This document shows, piece after piece, positions 1-12,257 of a DNA stretch of 64,000 bases. Source of the DNA: Entomortierella parvispora E1425 (taxonomy: Eukaryota; Fungi; Mortierellomycota); contig BQFW01000012.1 of NCBI GenBank assembly GCA_020891255.1, forward strand, positions 1,550,001 to 1,614,000, given 5' to 3'. The translations under genes were made by a program, and so were the position numbers. The stretch's first letter is position 1. The number at the start of each line of letters is the position of its first letter. Under the pieces are notes generated by a model. The model was not told the DNA's origin. It was given only the letters and a program-made list of their open reading frames with translations, and ran no database searches.

Positions 1-1747
1 GAGATGACGAAGCAGGACAGTGGACGTGGCTCAGCAGTCCCCAAGGAAGAGAAGCTCGCGCCAGTGGTTGAATCGATCCTGGAGACTGTGATTACCGATC
101 TTGATGCCGCATTGGAAAGTGCTCCAGTGTCCACCCACCCAGAAGTCATCTCTCCTAAGCCAGTTTCACCAATTGCTCAGCGTAGTCCCATGGTCAACAG
201 AGGAGTGCCTCGCCCCATTAGTGTTCATTTGGAAACGAAAGAACAGGAAGAGACCAAGCCGACAGATTCTTCAGCGACACCAGAGTGTAACAACACGGAT
301 TCGGACTCTTCATTATCACCCTCTATTGAAAGTCAAGTTCTCTCAACCCAAATTTCCGACATTAGTTGCGCCGCCATGTCGACACAGTCTGCAGCTGTCG
401 TCGATTCCGAGCCCAGCACACGTACCATAAGTCCCATGTTGGCATCTGATGGAGCATCAATGCAATCGGCTCCCAGTACCAAGCCTCAGCGCCCAATTTT
501 GCATCCTCTGGACGTCAAAGCCTCTGCTGGCACGACACCCATGAGCGTCTCTGTCTCTCAGCATTCTCGTAAATGTAACCCAAATCATCGGAGATGGCCA
601 ACATGACTCGTCGGGTCGATCGTTTATCTGATATTTCCCTTTTCTTTCATTTCGAAATGATCACAATAGACTCGGACGGATCCCCTAGTGTCCACTCTGC
701 CACGCCTCTCTCCCCCAATGGACCCAAGAGACCGTGGTTTGCTCGTCTTTTTGACTTTAAACCTCAGCCTCTGACTTTCCGAAGCAACTGGCCAGCAGCT
801 GAGACCCAGGATCGACTGGAGGCGATTTTGAGGGATCTTTTTGGAGCTGGTATTACAATTGAGTCCTTGAAGCGACCAAATTATGGCGTGAAATGCCGAT
901 ATGAAGGAGGAGGTAAAAAAAAAGGGAAAAAATGGGGTCAGATTATTGAAGCAACATGCCACTGACAAAAGGTCTTCGTTTAGTGATGAACGAGCAAGTT
1001 GCGAAGGCAGTCAAGTTCAAGATCGAGATCAGTGAGAAATCTGGATACTTGATCTCCAGTGCGAGCAGCGTGAGCACAGCAGGCAGCATCAATAGCCAGA
1101 TTGTCTCGTCCTCTGCTGTGGCTGCCATTTTGGCGACGGTGGACGTTCAGCAAGGATCAGGCTCAGCCCGACATTACCACCAGTATCATGGAAACCAGAG
1201 TCAAACTCATCTTCCTGCCGGATTCCTCCCTGGAAATGTGAGCCCAGAGCCTGTCGGCGCTCGACGTGCCAGTGATGGTGGATCGATTCTTTCCAGTGCT
1301 GCAGCTGCGGTCTCGACCGGTCTGGCGGCCGCGCGGATCCCTTTCCAGAATTCTCACCACGGCAGCAACAACAGCAACAGCAACCATAGTCAGAGCGGCA
1401 ATAGCAACAGCAGTGGCAGCACCAGTGGAATCACTCATGGACAGACACCTGCTCATGTTCACCACCACCAATCACATCATTTGCATCATAACCATCCTTC
1501 GAACAGCGGTTCTAGTTCTGGCTATCCACCCTTGCCCCATCTTTTGACATTGCCACGGCGGACAGCAAAGGTGACGTTGCATCAGCAACAAGGCGCCAAT
1601 TCGACACTAAAGATGATTTACGAGAAACTGCAGGTCGCTTGGGAGCAACAACAGCAACACTTCCAATTGGCGAGCGATTCCGAGTTTAGCTTGATCGCGT
1701 CTCCCCCACCCACCATGCACAAGGCCCAGCGAGGAGCAGCCATGTGA
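1..1747 (+). CDS. 3' part of a Ser/Thr kinase, Gin4/Cdr2/BRSK-like, with a C-terminal KA1-type domain (5' end outside window)
   Basis: Frame is open from base 1. GT-AG introns at 569-669 and 913-983 join three ORF-track segments in frame: ...HS|HSDGSP...PWFARLFDFKPQPLTF...VKCRYEGG|VMNEQVAKAVKFKIEI...VTLHQQQGANSTLKMIYEKLQVAWE. WFxxLFxFKP, VKFKIE and QQxGAxST match the C-terminal membrane-binding domain of fungal Nim1/Gin4-family kinases. The catalytic domain is not in the window, so the family call is inferred. Confidence 0.6.
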
Positions 1748-2281
1748 ACGGAAAAGTCACATCATTGAAGACCAATAATTTATAGAATAGACAGAAAGGA
1801 AAATGAGGATCGTCTTTCAGAATGAAAGAGGATTGCCTCCACACCATCTGACAATAAATAAACAGACAACAAACAAGTCGAGAAGGGGATTGAACCCCCG
1901 TTTTTTGTTGAGCTTGAAAACTAGACTGGGTCTTGCTACAGAGGGATACGTTTTGCTCCTTTTCAAAGAGCAAGATGGAGGACATTTAGATCCAAAGGTT
2001 GTGTCAACTAGAATGTGGTGTTGTTTATTGATTTGAGGAACTAGCTATTAAGTGAGATATGAAAAAATGGTTTCCAAGCAGTAAAAAAAAGGAGTATATG
2101 GTGGGAAGAAAGGGGAGAGGGTTGAGTTGAGGAGAAGGCGGAAGGGATGGAAGGAAAAGGGGGGAGAGGGAGAGGGCGGAGCAAAAAAATAAAACCTTTT
2201 TGTTTGTTGATTGGGAAAGCAGAGCAAAGAGACTTTCTGGTGGTGGTGGGACTGTGGGGGAAGGAGGACGACTCTCTTTTT

Positions 2282-5200
2282 CTAAGCCAGGTCGCGTACT
2301 TCCCCTCTTGGGATGTTGATGGTTGCATCCCCGCTGCCGCCTCTTGGGATATCGTTGCGGGGTGTGTCTACACGCACCATGTCTGCACCACCGCCCACGC
2401 CTGCTCCTACACCGGCCCCGGTGTTGCCGCGTTCCGTGCCTCCCATCACGTCGCCCATGGATCCCGTGGTCGTCACCACCGTTGTCTCCTCACGAACTTC
2501 AATGTTCTATTTGAGAGAAAAAAGAAGAAGAGAAGGTCAGTCCAGTTGAATCAAAACGCGTCCATTCGAGAGAATGCAAAGGTCGAAAAAATAGGGGCAA
2601 AGTTCACTTGCCTGCCAAAAGCTAGCCCACTCCTTGTCTTCCTCCTCCTTTCGGAGGTAGGTGATCTTGAACTTGAAGGTACCCGTCTTCTCGAACCGAA
2701 GAATACGGCCAAAGACTCTCAACCGAGTGACTTCTCCTCCGACCCTAGGCAACAGACGATCTCGGACCGTGGACCGGACAAACAAAAGGACGACAAAGCC
2801 GATCGCGGCACAGGCGCAGAGCCAGTAAAAGTTTGTGTTGTAGACCTCGGGAGAGCTGGCATTGTAACCCTTGTTGATCAAATGGTTGTAAATCAGGGTG
2901 AAGAGGATACCACCGCCCACTCCGGCAATCGACCAAGCCGTCAACAGGATACCATGCAGACCCGAGATGTTGTGCATGCCAAACAAGTCGTGGATGAAGG
3001 CTGGAATGGTACCAAAGCCACCTCCGTAGGCACAAGTCAAGGTCCAGATCGCCAAGAGGAAAGCCCAGTAGTTCTTGGTCACAAAGATCAAGGGCAACAC
3101 GGCCAGGATCACGACCTGGGTTCCCAACATGACCAAGTACGACGGCTTGCGACCGATCACGTCCGAAAGCGACGAGAACATCAAACGACCCACAAAGTTG
3201 AATCCACCATTGATGGCGACCACCGTCGAGGCTGTGTCGGCCGACTTTTCAAACACGTTGATGACCATATCGGCCAAACGGGACAGGATTACCAGACCAG
3301 AGACCAAGTTGGCCAAGAACATCATGTACATACCCAAGTACTCGTATGTGCTCAGAGCCTCGCGCAAAGTCAGGTCGATGGCGGGTTCGTACACGATGCG
3401 GTTCTGGGGTGGGGTCTTGGAATCGGCAATGACGGGGGGCATGGACTTTTCATCCTGTGCCGAACCATGCTTTTGTTGCTTGCGAGTGATAAAGACGGTG
3501 CCGTTTCGGAAGATGGGACCTCGGGTCTTGGTGCGCTCAGGAGGAGGAAACCGGAAGACAAAGGCGCAGAACATGAGGATGACCCAGTAACAGGCTCCAA
3601 TCACCACAAAGGTCAGAGATAGACCGATTGCCTCGATCAATGGCAACGGGATCTTGGCGCAAATCAAACCTCCGATACCGAATCCTGAAAAAAAAAAAAA
3701 ACAAAGATGGCGCTGTTGGGTCAATGTGATTGTCCAACGGGTACAAAGGAGACCAAAGGCTTTCGTCAGCAGGGTTCTAAGACACTTACCACACACCGAC
3801 AATCCAGCTCCAAGACCCTTGCGTTCGGGGAACCACTTTTGAAGTGCAGAAATAGGACTAGAGTGGTTGAAGAGGAGAGAAGGAGGCGGGTGCAGGTCCG
3901 AGAGTTAGCAACGAGTGCCGCGAACGGCAAATTGGATGAAAAAGGCAGTAGAGGAAGACAGAATATGTACCTGATATAACAGAGTCCAAGACCAAGACCT
4001 GAAACGACTCCGTAGCCGAAAAAGACCAGGGCCATTGACTTTTTGAATCAAGGGAAAGCATGGCAAGAAAGGAAGGTTAGCGACAGTGCTTTGCTAAACA
4101 GCGCAAAAAGCGGCCGAAAGCAACAGCCACTCCTTATAACGCCAAAGGGGGCGGTCACGGCCAACGAAGAGGATTAGGGCATCAAAGGGGAAAGAGGTGG
4201 ACTGAAGACGAGGGAGAACAGGAACCAGGACGATAGGGGCAGGTTTGGATCCAGAAACAAGTGTCCAATGACGCGTTTGTCGTAAATCGCGTCTCGAGGT
4301 CGAGGTGGTCTGTGCAACATGTCTCGTGCTTTTTTTTTTTTTTTTTTTTTTTCATTTTGTTTCTTACCTTAAGATGGATTCCAAGAGCGGCAACCCAGTG
4401 TCCAACACAGAAGAGAGTGCCTCCAATTACACCAGCTTTCCTAGGACCATTACGTTCCAGCCATGGTCCTAGCAGAGAGGCGGCAATACCTAGACATCCG
4501 ATGTTGATGTAGAAGGTAATCGGGGCAACTTTCTATTGATGCAAGAAATTTAAAAAAGGATCAACCACATTAGCAACAGGTCCAGAGAGCATTACTAAGA
4601 GCCATGGCGACCCAATCCGGTGTAAGAGTTGGTCGCGCTCCATTAATAAGAGAGTTACAGATTATCCACAAAATGATTGTCCGTTGATAAAGGGAAGGCG
4701 ACGAGATCAGCGACCAAATACCGGTGTTGTGACGAAGGTAGGTGAGATGCAATGGATAGCACGAGGGAATTTTGGGGACAGCGGTGATTGAGGGGAGAGC
4801 AAAAATAAAGATGAAGGGATGGGAAAGTAAGGGGGTAAAAAAACACAGAGACGATAGAGAGACTGTAGGTTCGCAGTGAGTTTCTCTTAAAAAGGGAAGG
4901 GGGGTTGACCTCCTTCAACTTCTGGGTCCCCACACTCCATCTCATTTTTTGCTCTTCTCTCTCTGCCCCCTTGGAAATCTTGTTTTTCCTAGTGGGGAAC
5001 CCGGGGCTCAAAGGACGCCATCAAAAAGTACACCCAGACAAGCAGCTCTCCAATTGTCGCTGAGGGAAGTGGAGACATGAGGGTTGGGGGTTGGGGGTTG
5101 GGGTGTTACCTGATCGGAGCCATAAATCGCGATATCGACAGGTCGGTTGAAGACAGACCAGGCGTAAACGGATCCACAGATGGCCTGGAAAACCATGGCC

Positions 5201-5416
5201 GCAGGGGCAATATACCAGCGCTTGAAGGGCTTCCTGAATATCGTTCGATCCTGTTGAATTGCTTGCGGGGATCCATTGTACTTCGTTTCGCCATAGTAGT
5301 CTTGGATTTTACTCCAGACATAACTATCCTCCGACCTGGGGCTCTTTGGTTGGCTAATTTTGGGCGACCTTTCCTGGGGGGTGAATGGGAAGGGGCGATT
5401 ATGGGGTGATATTATC
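2282..5416 (-). CDS. MFS transporter, oxalate:formate antiporter (OFA/OxlT/YhjX)-like family; start codon unresolved
   Basis: Reconstructed exons 5416-5110, 4532-4368, 4038-3971, 3857-3790, 3684-2612, 2506-2282. Translation includes [103 protein letters not shown] and YGGGFGTIPAFIHDLFG, all typical OFA-family motifs. The last intron is GC-AG. Confidence 0.9.
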
Positions 5417-6287
5417 CTGAAGTGGGAATACACGGGGTGAAGGTGTTGAGCGGAGGGATTAGGTGTTAAGGTAGAGAAATAGAGTGGGGAGAGGAAGGGG
5501 ATAAGGATGGAAGGCGGTCCGGCTGGTCTACTATTGTGCACAGAGGAGAGAGTGGAGACGGGCGAGGAAAGAAAGAGAGAAAGAAAGGCGAGATAGAGAG
5601 AGAGAGGGAGCGCGGTACAGATGCCGAAGGTCAGTTCAACGTTTTTCTAAAGAGAGTTTACTGTGGCACAAGATCGTGGCTGTGTGGCGATTTTGCAGTT
5701 TTTTTTTAAAAAAATAAAATAAAAAACGAACCGAAGAGGTCAATGCAGGGGTGAGAGAGGTAGGAAGCTATTAGGGTATGGGTAATAAAAAAAGCTGAAG
5801 TTCAAGGAAGATTATAGCTCAAGGGAGTGTAATACGCGGCAAGAGAGGTGAAAGAGAAAGAAGAAAGGAAAGAGAGGAAGAAAGAGGTGGAAATGAAAGA
5901 AAGGGAGAGATTTCGCGATCAAATAGCGACGGGGGCAATGAGCAAAAAAAAAAAAAAAATGAAGCTGCGATGTAAAAAAAAAAAAGAGGGTAGAGAACGC
6001 AATGACGATGTTCAAAAAACACTTCAAGGAGAGGACAACGATGGGAGCAAGGGTGTTTGGGGTGTGGATTATATAACCCATATGAGCAAGTGAATGAATG
6101 AGAACTGTGAGGGTATCGATAGACTCATGGATATCACATCCGTAACGAAGGGTGAGGTTTGTACCTTGCTCACTTGGTAGTGCTTCTTTTCTGAAGAGCA
6201 AGAAAGGAAGAGTAGAGTGACGCAGGTGGTGATACTGGAGACGGGGCGTGTGGGTAAACGGAGGAACGGAAAGGGACTTGGAAAGGT

Positions 6288-6332
<45 letters not shown>

Positions 6333-8713
6333 ACTGAAAAAGAGAGAGTGTGAATGCGAGAAAAAGAGAGAGCAATGAAGGAGGCCAGCCTCTGGAGCAG
6401 AGGCCTCGCTCGAACAGCCAGGCAGGCAACCAGCGAGAGCAACCACAGTCTCAACTGTCTAAACGACCAACAGCCTTTTTGGGGACACTGGGAGGAGAAC
6501 CTTTATCCGAAAGAAAACGAGGGAACAAAAGACAAACGCGGCAGACGGAACAAAACTGTGTGGAAGGCGTTGAGTGCTAGTGTGAAGGATTGGTAAAGGG
6601 ATAAAAAAAAAAGGGATTGTTGCTAAGAACAAGAAATCGAGGACAAAACGACATACACACACACAGAGAAAGAAAGAGAAAGACAAGAGCGACGGACAGC
6701 AGCAAGTTGGGATCCCATCTCTGTCTCCCTTTCTCTAATTCTCTTTCGCCGCTCGCCCTTTCAAGGGAAAGAAGGAGGACGAGGAGGAGAAGGACACACA
6801 GACACTCGCGCGCTGATGAATTTTTCAGGAGATAAAGAATCTAAAGCCACCTTGGACCTCCATGGACTCTTTTTTGACCTTATCGAACCCAAGAGGGAGA
6901 AGGATGTCCTCAGAGAGGTGAGGAAGGTGACAAACAAAAGAATAAAAACAGTCTAAAATGCATGCTGTGTCGGTGCGTCCCTCTTGCCAACGATCTCCAA
7001 CAACCTTAGAAGCTGCCTTCCCAACTGCACACCGCAGTTTTGGGTTCCAATGGCCTCATTGCACTTGGAAGATCGACGTTATTTCAAGATACCCAATTGC
7101 GCAAACAAAAATCCTTGAACGCTTCAATGTCTCATTATCTGCAACAGGAAGGAGTGGAGTGTCCATGAGGTGATCAGGGACAGGGGAAAGGATCGCGAGC
7201 AAGTCGGGACAAAGGAGGGAATGGATGAGATGGACAAGTTATCCTTACGCTGATTTGTGGAGGAGTGTGTCTTAGGACGATTGAAAAGAAACCGAGGTGA
7301 CGGAAAATCCTGGATGTAGGGATAGAAGGAGAGAAGGGCAAGGAGTGTGGGAAGACGGACCAAAGGTGGTGGAGTGGGCGGAGTGCCGACAGAGGGACCC
7401 GATTTTATGGATTTGGTCGATAGAGAGTGCAGTGCAGTGCAGTGCAGCAAAATGCAGACTGCATCCTGCGAAAATGCGGTGCTGAGCTGCTGGCCAACTG
7501 AAAGACAGCGCACTGCCCACCATTCTCTTGGCCGAGCTATCGGTGTCAATCAAGAGCAGTAGCAGATTGCAAGGGAGGAGGAATTCACAGCGGCCAACAA
7601 GGTGGGAACACCACAGAAACAGCAGTGCGTTCGTTACAGGCACAATGGGCATCTCTATGATGAAGTTTGGGACCTCTATCCCTTCCCTTGATCCCTGCTG
7701 CTCTCTCCCTGGAGTCCCTACCTAAGAAAGCATCACAAACACAGCAAAATACACCAAAGGCTCACCGCAGTCCTGCCGGTCCCCTTCCCATCCCTTCCCC
7801 CCCCCCCCCCACCAGATGCATCATCTCTCTCTTTTTTTTTGACAACTATTTGGCGCAATCTCGCCACCTCCTCCGGTTAAACACATCTCGGGTGCGCCCG
7901 ACAACCTATTGTTGGACCTTTCTGATGATGATCGGGGCACCGGAAACTGTGAGCAGGGACAAGAAAGGGATCATCACTAAATATTCCCATCTACCCGGGC
8001 ACCTGCCTATTCAGCCCATGGCTGCACCGGCACGCCAGTTTGTTAGTAAAAAAGAGTCTTTTTTTGTGTCCCTGATTTCTTTTCTTTGCATTCTTGTAAT
8101 GCCAGATACCTCCTTGCTCCTGGATCTCGCTGCTGGTGTTGCAAGATCCAGTGCCTGCCTAGTCGGCGGTGGTGACTTCGACAAGCTTTTTTTTGTTTGC
8201 CTCTCTTATCCATGTTCCCATATTACCAGTGTGTAGGACAGAAAGCTATAGGACCACCATCTGCACATATCAATCACCTCACCACCAGTCGCCCTGCCCT
8301 TACCCCTTTTAAAAAATCAAACATTGTACAAATCCCGGCTCTCCTTGGTTCTGCTCATTATTTTTTTTTGCGGTTTTTCCTTGCCTCCTATTTTCTTGAC
8401 ACTCACAAACGCATTCCTTCCGGTGCCTTTCCCTGGTTAAATCTTCCGGTCGGTCTAGCTCACGCTACCTTTCTCCCCTTGAACCATGGGTAGGTCTGGG
8501 TTCACGAACAATGTGTCTGTATGGGTTGAAAACTTGTAACACTTAGCAAAGCAAGCACACCCCTAGAGGGAAGACCCTTCCTTCTCTGTGGTCAACTGTG
8601 GTCAACTGTAGTCAACTGTCATTGTAGGAGCCCCCCATTCCTTTTGAAGAGAAATGAAATGCGTATTGCCGCACTAGTTCATTCCTTAAAGGCACGATGT
8701 CCTGCATTTCATT

Positions 8714-9764
8714 TTACTTTTGGATACCACTAGGCAAAGGGAACGCGTATCCACCGCTAGACTGAGAATGTCCATATGTCATGAATCCAACATAAGGCAC
8801 AATGTTCCAATGAAGAGTAACGTTCGCCTCCACATCACTGCAAACGAGTAGATAGAAGACAAAATGGTTAGGAATGTGCAGTTTTGAAGAGATCCTTTCT
8901 ACTTCTTTCGTTATCATGATCACTCACGTCCACTTCCTGTTCACGTCAATAAGAGAGTATTTGTTGTTGATGTTTTGCTTTTTGATGACAGCGTCCGACT
9001 TGCGCTTGATAATTGAATCCCAAAGGACGATCTGGTTCTTGGGCTAGAGAAGTATGAGATTATTCATAAAATAAAAAAATAAATAGTTTAGATAGGGTAC
9101 ATGGTCCGAGCAATTGTGAAGTTGCTGTCTAGTCCTTACGTGTGATTTTGTCGAGTACTCGGCGACAGCATAGACAAAGAGTTGTTTGGTGTTCCAATGG
9201 AACAACGAAGACAAATCTATCATTCATAGAAGTCATTAGAGGTTAAATACTGCTAAGAGCCACGAAGCCCTAGTCCATCCCCTTGTTGACACAGCAATGG
9301 CGACCTCGTCCGGGAGCCAAGTCTCGATCTTTACCTGCATCAATCTTCATCACTGTGTTTGCAAACTGATTGTCCCTTGTCTTGTAATCCACCCAGTTTT
9401 TGTCATAACGTCCAGTGACACTAAAGGCGACAGGGGTAGAAAAATAAACGTGACGCGTCAGAGAAGGTCCAGAGCACATTTCATGAAAGACTAAGGGGTA
9501 TCCAGCGATTGCTTACACTTTGATGGAATCCAATGCCACAGAGCCAGAGGGATGCGAAGGAATGAGCAGCGCACTAAGGGCGATGGCCTACATGGACAGA
9601 AAGACAGAGGCTTAATTAGTCGTGCATTGCATCCAGGGGAAACTCTCTTTGGATGAGATGTCTGCACCACTAATGAGATTCCAGTTCCTTACGCCGAGAA
9701 GACAGAAGATGGCCGAGAGAGAGAAGGCCATGACCGAGTTGGCCCTGTTCTGAAGACTGTTCAT
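8714..9764 (-). CDS. SPC3: Signal peptidase complex subunit 3 (SPC22/23), 181 aa, six exons
   Basis: Exons 9764-9693, 9587-9517, 9420-9335, 9216-9140, 9043-8928, 8837-8714, all GT-AG and phase-consistent. Protein: MNSLQNRANSVMAFSLSAIFCLLG...DADLSSLFHWNTKQLFVYAVAEY...KNQIVLWDSII...NKYSLID...NVTLHWNIVPYVG. These are the hallmark SPC3/SPCS3 motifs at the expected length. Confidence 0.95.
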
Positions 9765-9910
9765 GATGGCGAAGAGAGATGGCGAGAGGTGAATGAAAGA
9801 GAGACGAGGGAGAGATGAAGACCAATGACGGATGGATGGCCCTCAATTTTGAGACTCTCGAGTTTGACACGTATATGAGCACGTGACTTTATTTTACTAC
9901 TGTATGCTTT

Positions 9911-11018
9911 CTACATGATGGAGCAACAGCAGAACCGGCTTTCTTCCGTCTCTACCTCCTCATTGTTCAAGGGCCCAGCTGGCGTTGTGTTCTTCATGTA
10001 CCCCTTTGTGGGGGGTAGATGTGCCTGTGGTTCCTCTACAAAGCCATGTCCTCCGTACTGCTCATGGTAATAAGGGCTATCCTGCATATCAGCATACCCT
10101 TCCCTTTGCCTCGACCTCACAATCTCCCGCACCAACTCAATCATCATCTCATTGATATTAAACCCAGTCTTAGCACTGGTCTCGATATAAAACGCGTTCG
10201 ACAGCTTGGCAAACTCTTCACCCGTGGCAGACTCCACCTCCCTTTCTTGTTCCAAATCACTCTTGTTGGCGGCGATCACAATCGGAACCTCCTCGGACTC
10301 CTTGGCGCGCCAGATCTGGTTCCTGAACCCAACCAGTTCTTGAAACGACCCCATCGAAGCAATCGAATACACGCAGATGAAACCATCTCCAGCCCTATTT
10401 CGGGAGCAAAAAAAAAAAAAAGCATGAGCTTTTTGATCAAGAAATGACCTGTATGTTGGAACAGGCGTACACCCCCAACATCAAAATACAGAGGGCGACA
10501 CACGCGCTTTGGCCAAGTCAGTGCGTTTCATTTTCCCTCCCTTCAATGAATTGAAGGAAATGAAGTGGGGAGACGGACAGGGGTGCTCACCTCATAAATT
10601 TGTCGTTCCAGTGACCGCGGTACTCTTCTTGACCGGCCGTGTCTGTGATGTCCAAGGTGTATTCTTGACCGTCCACTTCAACGTGTTTACAATACGAGTC
10701 TTCAATGGTGGGATCATACTCATCGTGGAATCTATTGACAAAAAGATGGTCAAAAAACGTGAGAAAAAAAAAATAGAAAAAGAAAAAGAAAAGCAGAGAC
10801 AGGTCAGCTTGTCAAAACGGAAGGGTAACATCTGCATTGGCATCTCCATCTCACAAAAACTTCTTTTTGGGGGGAGCCTCTATCTCCTCATCTTCCTCCC
10901 TCCTTTCTTATTTCCTCAACCACCAAACTTACTGGTCTCGGAGAAATCGCAGCGTCATGGCCGATTTACCCACCGCACCATCGCCCACCACCACAATCGA
11001 AAATCTCTGGGAAGGCAT
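9911..11018 (-). CDS. Ras-family small GTPase with C-terminal CCCSIM (CaaX)
   Basis: Three exons give [22 protein letters not shown] (G1), YDPTIEDSY (Ras effector loop), DTAGQEEY (G3), NKSD (G4), ETSAK (G5) and a terminal CaaX box CSIM preceded by two further Cys. Confidence 0.95.
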
Positions 11019-12257
11019 TGGTATTCCGTTTTCGTTTCTGAAAAAAAAAGTGGTTGTTCGCAAACTACTCCTCGCGCGATCGGTGTCGTGTTTGCCTGAA
11101 GGGGAGAGAAAGGAGGTGTATGGGCCAGGTGATAACGGTCCAGGGGTGGGGGAGGGTGAAAGGGACAGGGTGTTTTGCAGGTGCGTTAGTGAAACTAGTA
11201 ACCAATTCCGTAAAGGCAGGGGGAGAGAGAGAGAGAGGAGAGGGTCGATGAAGGGCACTGATGATAAATCTGGGAGGTAGAGATAAAAGCAGGTAGGGGA
11301 AGGAAAAAGGATTGACAGCGGCTATTGAGGATCGGGGAGAACGAAGAGAAATGAAATGCAAGAAGGAGAAAAAAAGACGAGGAAAGTCGATGGGATGAGG
11401 ATTGATAAACTGAAGGTGGGAGGTGACTTGTAGTGATAGGGGCAACGAAGAAGGAAGTGAACAAGAGAAAGAGAGAGAAAGAGGAAGAAGGGCTGTGCTG
11501 AGGTCAGTTCAAGTGGTGGGTCCGGCTTGGTGCGGAAAGGGGTCTGGTTTGAACGGACGGACGAGGATTGCTCAAGTCAGATGTGTGGGTCTGGTCGATG
11601 TTGATGACGAGATGGCTGTTGCGTGCACAGTCGTCGGCGATGACAGAACCCCGACGGTGCAGGGTGCATCTTCCAGCCCATGTCCTCACAGTCATCCTCC
11701 CCCCTCTCCGTTGCCCACCATCGCTGTTTCTTAAATCTGCATGCAAAACACAGCTCTCGATTGGCTTTTGGTTCGAGTCCAATCGTCCTCAGGGACCCCA
11801 ATCGGGGAGAAGAAGAGCGAGGGAAAGAGGAGGGAGTAGGATGTGATGCGAGTATGCAATGCAACGCCCATCTTTCCCCCCTTTGGGGTGCTTGTCCGGC
11901 TCCCTCTGTCTGTCTGTGCATGTGGTGCCCCCTCCCCTCCAACCCCCTAGTGTTGTTTTCTCTTCCTTCCTTGTCTCTCTGATCAAGAGAAGGTATCTTC
12001 AATCGTACATCTTCGACCATCATTCAATACTCCTTACAGGTCGCCCCTTTTTTCACTGCAGACAAAAAAAAAAAAAAAAAAATGTCGTGTTTGATACATC
12101 CGGGTGCATGCACTCCTTGTTTCCAATAGGCGGAAACCATGGCATCTGTTCGTTTTTTTACTTTGTGAACCCTTTTTTTTTTCTCTCTCTTCTTCTTTTC
12201 TTGTTCATCTCTTTACCTCGATAGCGCTCTCTCGTGACAGTCCAACGATTAGACTCT

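Noticed and set aside
2147-3622. 491-aa plus-strand ORF
   Set aside because: Antisense shadow of the MFS coding exon; no recognisable motifs.
5812-6454. Several F/L/S-rich or K/R/E-rich ORFs (similar ones at 16790-17390, 23071-23885, 41689-42487, 45072-45519)
   Set aside because: Translations of CT/GA-rich promoter and UTR tracts and microsatellites, not genes.
8755-8800. CTGAGA motif suggesting a TPP riboswitch; long introns of MFS, GalM, DAHP synthase and MOB2 also scanned for riboswitch or C/D snoRNA motifs
   Set aside because: This site lies within SPC3 coding sequence and lacks the downstream CCTGAT/GxTAAT/GCGxAGG elements. I found no properly spaced C and D boxes with terminal stems in the long introns. 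An Infernal/Rfam scan would be decisive.
11768-11782. GGTTCGAGTCC, a tRNA T-loop / Pol III B-box-like motif
   Set aside because: No acceptor stem, D-arm or anticodon arm can be folded around it.
11504-11782. 92-aa minus-strand ORF upstream of the Ras gene
   Set aside because: No homology cue and no supportable splice link to neighbouring genes; probably promoter or UTR sequence.
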